A stretch of DNA of 64,000 nt from positions 3,283-67,282 of the forward strand of contig JBFOME010000004.1 in assembly GCA_040830705.1 (NCBI GenBank), written 5' to 3'. The notes below the pieces were generated by a model. The model had not been told where the DNA came from, did no database searches, and worked only from the letters and a program-made list of their open reading frames with translations. The position numbers and the translations under genes are program-made. Shown here in pieces: positions 59,793 through 64,000 of the stretch (the first letter of the stretch is position 1; each line of letters opens with the position of its first letter). The DNA is from Paracoccaceae bacterium (GTDB taxonomy: Bacteria; Pseudomonadota; Alphaproteobacteria; Rhodobacterales; Rhodobacteraceae).

Positions 59793-60788
59793 CTAAACTC
59801 TTTTGCTAGAGGCCAGATCTTTGGATTGCTCTAGCTCCACGCTATGGTTTCCGATTTTCCCCATATGACGCGCAATTTGTTGTGCCAGTATCTGTTTGCA
59901 CAATTCCGCGACGGCCGCTGGGAGGCCCCGCAACTCCTCTTTCCTAGCAACAACCGTCAACGTGCGCGACAACCCTGAGACTGGCAGTTCTTGAAATCGC
60001 AGGTTCATGTTTTCCACGAGACCATCGATCAATAATGTCGGTGTCAAAAGGCTAAATCCCTGTCCTATCGAAACACAGGAGGTCACCATACTGGAGCGAT
60101 CTGCTTGTATGACTGTGTCGGGCTCAAACCGCAGTCGGCGCAGATGCTGGGCAATCTGCCGTCCCGCATTTGTCGTATCCCCAAAACGTACCAACGGAAG
60201 CCTCGTCTGGATCGCTTCTAGGCTTTCGGTCGGGCCGTCGTATGTTTCGGGGAGCACCAAAAGGTATCTCTCAGTCAGAACATGATGACGCTCCAATCCG
60301 TCCATGTCTAAAAATGGGTTCGACGTAATCGCCAAATCCGCCTGCTTGGTGCGCAGCAGATGCTCATGATTACCGCTTTGCCCGGCATGCAGAGTGATGT
60401 CTTCGACGTTGAACACCCTTTGCGCAAGATCGATCAATGATGGCGTCAGGGTCGTCGCAATGGAGGCTTGGATGCCCACCCTCAGCAGCGTCAGGGATTG
60501 TTCGCCGACATGCCGCAATTCGGTTTCCATATCGGACAGTGCATCCAGTATCTTCTGCGCTTTGCCATGCAGTCGCGCACCAGCATATGTTAGCCGAGCA
60601 GGTCGCGTACTGCGATCGAGCAGAGTCGTGCCAAACGCTTTCTCCAACGCAGTGATGTGTTGGGATGCTGCGGGCTGTGAGAGACCGAGCAGTTTCGCAC
60701 CGGCTCGCATTTGACCTGTTTCTGCAACCGCAACGAAAACCTCTAACGAGCGCATGAGACTCGGTGAAATCTTGTGGCGATCGAGCAC
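59793..60788 (-). CDS. LysR-family regulator
   Basis: LEVFVAVAETGQMRAGAKLLGLSQPAASQHITALE HTH; divergent from mttB. Confidence 0.88.
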   Translation of the reverse strand: MLDRHKISPSLMRSLEVFVAVAETGQMRAGAKLLGLSQPAASQHITALEKAFGTTLLDRSTRPARLTYAGARLHGKAQKILDALSDMETELRHVGEQSLTLLRVGIQASIATTLTPSLIDLAQRVFNVEDITLHAGQSGNHEHLLRTKQADLAITSNPFLDMDGLERHHVLTERYLLVLPETYDGPTESLEAIQTRLPLVRFGDTTNAGRQIAQHLRRLRFEPDTVIQADRSSMVTSCVSIGQGFSLLTPTLLIDGLVENMNLRFQELPVSGLSRTLTVVARKEELRGLPAAVAELCKQILAQQIARHMGKIGNHSVELEQSKDLASSKRV

Positions 60789-60867
60789 GACTCATCCTTA
60801 GTATAAATTTTTCTGATACTATTTGGTTTTTCTTGGGTTCCGTCAATCGCTGCGGCACCATGGGTAT

Positions 60868-62397
60868 ATGTCACGCCCACGTACATCTCGTCGCCAAAAA
60901 GCTTCAGCCAAACACACCCAAGATGAGGCTCGTGCGCCTTTCATTCTTCGCAAGCTTTCGACCTTCAATGTACTCAGCGACGCCGGGCTAGAACAGATCG
61001 AGTCAAATGCGGACACCATCCTTGCCGAAACCGGGATGGAGTTTCAGGACGACCCCGAAATCCTCCGGATATTCACTAATGCAGGTTGCGATGTGGATGG
61101 CACCCGAGTTCGGTTTCCTACGGGCTTCTGTCACAGGAAGATTACCGCCACGGCGCCGGGCCAGTTCACGCAGCATGCCCGCAACCCCAAGAACAGTGTG
61201 CAGCTTGGCGGGGAAGCGACGGTTCTTTGCCCATCTTGGGGGCCGCCTTTCGTACATGATCTGGATCGCGGTCGGCGCTATGCGAATTACGAAGACTTCA
61301 CCGATTTGGTGAAATTGCACCACACTTTACCGTGGCTGCATCATTCGGGCGGCGTAGTTTGTGAACCCGTTGATCTTCCCGCCAATAAGCGTCATCTGGA
61401 TATGCTCCACGCCCATATTCGGTACTCTGACCGCGCGTTCATGGGCGCCTTTATCGGGGCCGAGCACGCAGGCCACGCAATCGACATAGCACGGATCGTT
61501 TTTGGCGACGAATTCGTGGCAGAAAACCCGGTACTCTATTGCGTGTCCAACACAAACGCGCCCTTGGTGATGGATAGCCACATGTCGGGCGCGCTGAAAA
61601 CCTATGCGCGGGCGGGGCAGCCTGTGGCCTGCACACCTTGGGTGCTGACAGGGGCGATGTCGCCGGCGACGGTCGCTGGGACACTCGCGCAAGTGCTGGC
61701 CGAAACCATGGCGACGATGACTCTTACCCAACTGGTGAACCCGGGCGCGCCATGCCTGATGGGCAGCTTTGCATCGACCATGTCAATGAAGTCCGGCGCG
61801 CCGACCTTTGGAACGCCAGAGGCAGGGTTGATGGTTCTGGCGGCCGGGCAGCTTGCGCGCAGGCTTGGAGTGCCGTTTCACACCGTGGGCACTCTCAGTT
61901 CGTCCAAACTGCCCGACGCGCAAAGCCAGCAAGAGGCCGCTTGGGGCCTAATGATGTCGATGTTTGCCGGTGCCAATCTGATCAACCATGCGACTGGCTG
62001 GCTCGAAGGGGGGCTGGTGACCTCGTTTGAAAAAACCGTGATTGATCATGATCTTTGCGGCAAGATCGGGCGCTTCTTTGATGGGATCGACATGAGCGAG
62101 AATGCGCAGGCAATGGAGGCGATTGCCAGGACTGGGCCGGGGCAACACTTCCTTGGGTCTGAACATACGCAGGCCAATTTCATGACCGCGCTCTTCCGCC
62201 CGTGGACACCTGATGACAATTCGTTCGAACAATGGCACGCGGCTGGCGAACAGGATGCCGCTGCGCGGGCCAATGTTATCTGGAAGGAACGTTTGGCAGG
62301 ATATAAAGACCCCGGCCTCGACCCCGACGTAGATGCGGCCCTGAAAGACTACATCGCCGCGCGCAAGGCCGAAAAACCAGATCAGGACTATTTCTGA
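60868..62397 (+). CDS. MttB-superfamily methyltransferase, non-pyrrolysine (second paralogue)
   Basis: GPPFVHDLDRGRR, CEPVDLP, GAMSPATVAGTLAQ, KSGAPTFGTPE, GTLSSSKLPDAQ, GWLEGGL; Leu at the Pyl-equivalent position. Confidence 0.93.
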   Translation: MSRPRTSRRQKASAKHTQDEARAPFILRKLSTFNVLSDAGLEQIESNADTILAETGMEFQDDPEILRIFTNAGCDVDGTRVRFPTGFCHRKITATAPGQFTQHARNPKNSVQLGGEATVLCPSWGPPFVHDLDRGRRYANYEDFTDLVKLHHTLPWLHHSGGVVCEPVDLPANKRHLDMLHAHIRYSDRAFMGAFIGAEHAGHAIDIARIVFGDEFVAENPVLYCVSNTNAPLVMDSHMSGALKTYARAGQPVACTPWVLTGAMSPATVAGTLAQVLAETMATMTLTQLVNPGAPCLMGSFASTMSMKSGAPTFGTPEAGLMVLAAGQLARRLGVPFHTVGTLSSSKLPDAQSQQEAAWGLMMSMFAGANLINHATGWLEGGLVTSFEKTVIDHDLCGKIGRFFDGIDMSENAQAMEAIARTGPGQHFLGSEHTQANFMTALFRPWTPDDNSFEQWHAAGEQDAAARANVIWKERLAGYKDPGLDPDVDAALKDYIAARKAEKPDQDYF

Positions 62398-63134
62398 TGG
62401 GCCTGACTTTCCGCAATCTCGCGCATCCGAACATAGAACGGCACGTGATGCGCAGTTATGTCGGTGTAGGGCTCACCGAGCTGGTCAAGCTCCGCATGGA
62501 AGTCGAATATTTCAGGAGCTTTGATCGCGCCGCTTTGCAGCACTTCGGTGTGCCAGCTTTGCACGGAACACCATCCATCCGGCACAGTGTCGTTCCAGGT
62601 GAATGCCTGGTCCAGGAACGCAAGCCCGGCATGCGCCCAGTAGCGGCGCAACGCAGTTTGCGGATCGTTGCGCAACTGATCTGCAGTGATCACCAACGGG
62701 GTATGTCCCAGCTCGGTCAATGCGCCATAAAGCCTGTATTGCGCCTCATGCCCCAACTCCAATCGCGTGAATTGCGGGTCACGTTTTGCATAAGACAGCG
62801 CAGCTTCGATGGGGTTGCGCACCAGAAAGGCATGGGACATTTCGCCCGCAGACCCTGCGTCGCGCGACAACCGGTCCGCGACGTAATAGGCCATATCCTT
62901 GAAAAAAACCGGGCCGCTCTGTGCTGTTTCGCGGATCATTGCGCGGATCTCATCATAGGTGACGGGATGTCCCGGTTCTGGCGAGAAGCCCGGAAAAAGC
63001 CGGTCTGTGGTCGTCAGGTAGTGGTGATACATGAACGGTTCGTGCTGGACCGACAGATCGCCACGCTCACGCATGATCCGTTCAAACGCCGTCGAAACCG
63101 AGCACGGTTGGCACCACAAAGCATGTATCCTCAT
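62388..63134 (-). CDS. Sulfotransferase-like P-loop protein
   Basis: LWCQPCSVSTAFERIMRERGD, HEPF, FFKDMAYY, FLVRNP, W...WH; family normally reads P-R-S at the N-terminal motif. Confidence 0.75.
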   Translation of the reverse strand: MRIHALWCQPCSVSTAFERIMRERGDLSVQHEPFMYHHYLTTTDRLFPGFSPEPGHPVTYDEIRAMIRETAQSGPVFFKDMAYYVADRLSRDAGSAGEMSHAFLVRNPIEAALSYAKRDPQFTRLELGHEAQYRLYGALTELGHTPLVITADQLRNDPQTALRRYWAHAGLAFLDQAFTWNDTVPDGWCSVQSWHTEVLQSGAIKAPEIFDFHAELDQLGEPYTDITAHHVPFYVRMREIAESQAHQK

Positions 63135-63181
63135 CCGGTTAGCCTAACGACGACTGAAAGCTTGCCTCAACGGAGGCTTGT

Positions 63182-64000
63182 ATGAGCCGCAAATTGATCA
63201 TCGGCGGCGGAGCGATCGGTCTCAGCGTGGCTTATCATTTGGCAAAACGCGGCGCGCAGGACGTGACTCTGCTGGAACGCAACCAGCTGACGTCGGGCAC
63301 CTCTTGGCATGCGGCCGGGATTGTGGGGCCTCTGCGCGCAACGCCCAATATGACTACGCTCGCCTCTGCGGCGCTGGAGGTCTTTCCCGCGCTGGAGGCT
63401 GAAACCGGTATGTCCACCGGATATCGCCGCACTGGGGGGTATTGGTTGGCGCGCGAACCGGCGCGGCTGGATGAACTGCACCGGATTGCCGACTTGGGTG
63501 CGACGCAATGGCTGACGCCAGCGGTAATTGCTGCAGGCGAAATACACATGCCCCTGCTCGATCTGTCAGAGCATGTCGGAGCTTTGCATGTGCCCGAAGA
63601 CGCCAATGTGAACCCGGTGGACCTTTGCATGGCATATGCCCGTGCCGCAAAGAACCTCGGCGTAACGATCCGTGAAGGGATTGAGGTCAAAACCGTTGTC
63701 ACAAAAAACGGGATAGCCGAGGGCGTGGCACTTGCTAGCGGCACTACTTTGGAGGCCGACCAGGTCGTCATCGCCACAGGAGCCTGGTCGCGAGAGCTGG
63801 CTGCGACGGCCGGGGTTGCGCTGCCGCTTCAAGCGGTTGAGCACATGTATGTCGTGACAGAAACCATCCCCGATCTACCAGACCCCTTCCCCGTGATCCG
63901 CGATCTGGATCGCGGCATCTATATCAAGGGAGATGCCGGAAAACTGGTGATTGGCGGCTTCGAACCGGACGCCAAATGTTGGAACCCATACGGGCCGGAA
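63182..64000 (+). CDS. GcvT-family FAD oxidoreductase (sarcosine/dimethylglycine dehydrogenase-like), partial at right edge
   Basis: Not in the ORF track. Manual translation: MSRKLIIGGGAIGLSVAYHLA...LLERNQLTSGTSWHAAG...VNPVDLCMAYA...ATGAWS...VEHMYVVTE...IRDLD; open to base 64000. Confidence 0.9.
   Translation, partial: MSRKLIIGGGAIGLSVAYHLAKRGAQDVTLLERNQLTSGTSWHAAGIVGPLRATPNMTTLASAALEVFPALEAETGMSTGYRRTGGYWLAREPARLDELHRIADLGATQWLTPAVIAAGEIHMPLLDLSEHVGALHVPEDANVNPVDLCMAYARAAKNLGVTIREGIEVKTVVTKNGIAEGVALASGTTLEADQVVIATGAWSRELAATAGVALPLQAVEHMYVVTETIPDLPDPFPVIRDLDRGIYIKGDAGKLVIGGFEPDAKCWNPYGPE

Overview
GC-rich alphaproteobacterial (Rhodobacteraceae/Roseobacter-like) chromosomal window with no rRNA, tRNA, CRISPR array or recognisable IS. 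Left accessory block: an NHLM-type peptide export triad running off the window edge; a divergent sugar/sugar-acid catabolic cluster with an LgoR-like regulator; ada plus an ICL/PEPM gene; and a BCCT / histamine-dehydrogenase-like flavoenzyme / non-pyrrolysine MttB amine module. Middle: a tricarboxylate block (tcuBA, LysR, TctC, fused TctA-TctB, PrpF-family isomerase, TctDE). Housekeeping stretch: thiC with TPP riboswitch, sitABCD with two Mur-like boxes, panE, PiT, NUDIX, hrpB, meaB, a doubly disrupted Hint-domain gene, rpmB. Right accessory block: acid phosphatase, GH31, a divergent aconitase/PrpF/ICL-lyase set sharing a 21-bp operator with an IclR gene, and a second MttB module. The strongest candidates for uncharacterised biology are the IclR-linked aconitase-PrpF-lyase pathway lacking PrpC, the L-galactose/L-galactonate-like pathway variant and the two MttB amine modules. 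Family assignments rest on motif recognition by eye and remembered reference sequences; no searches were run.
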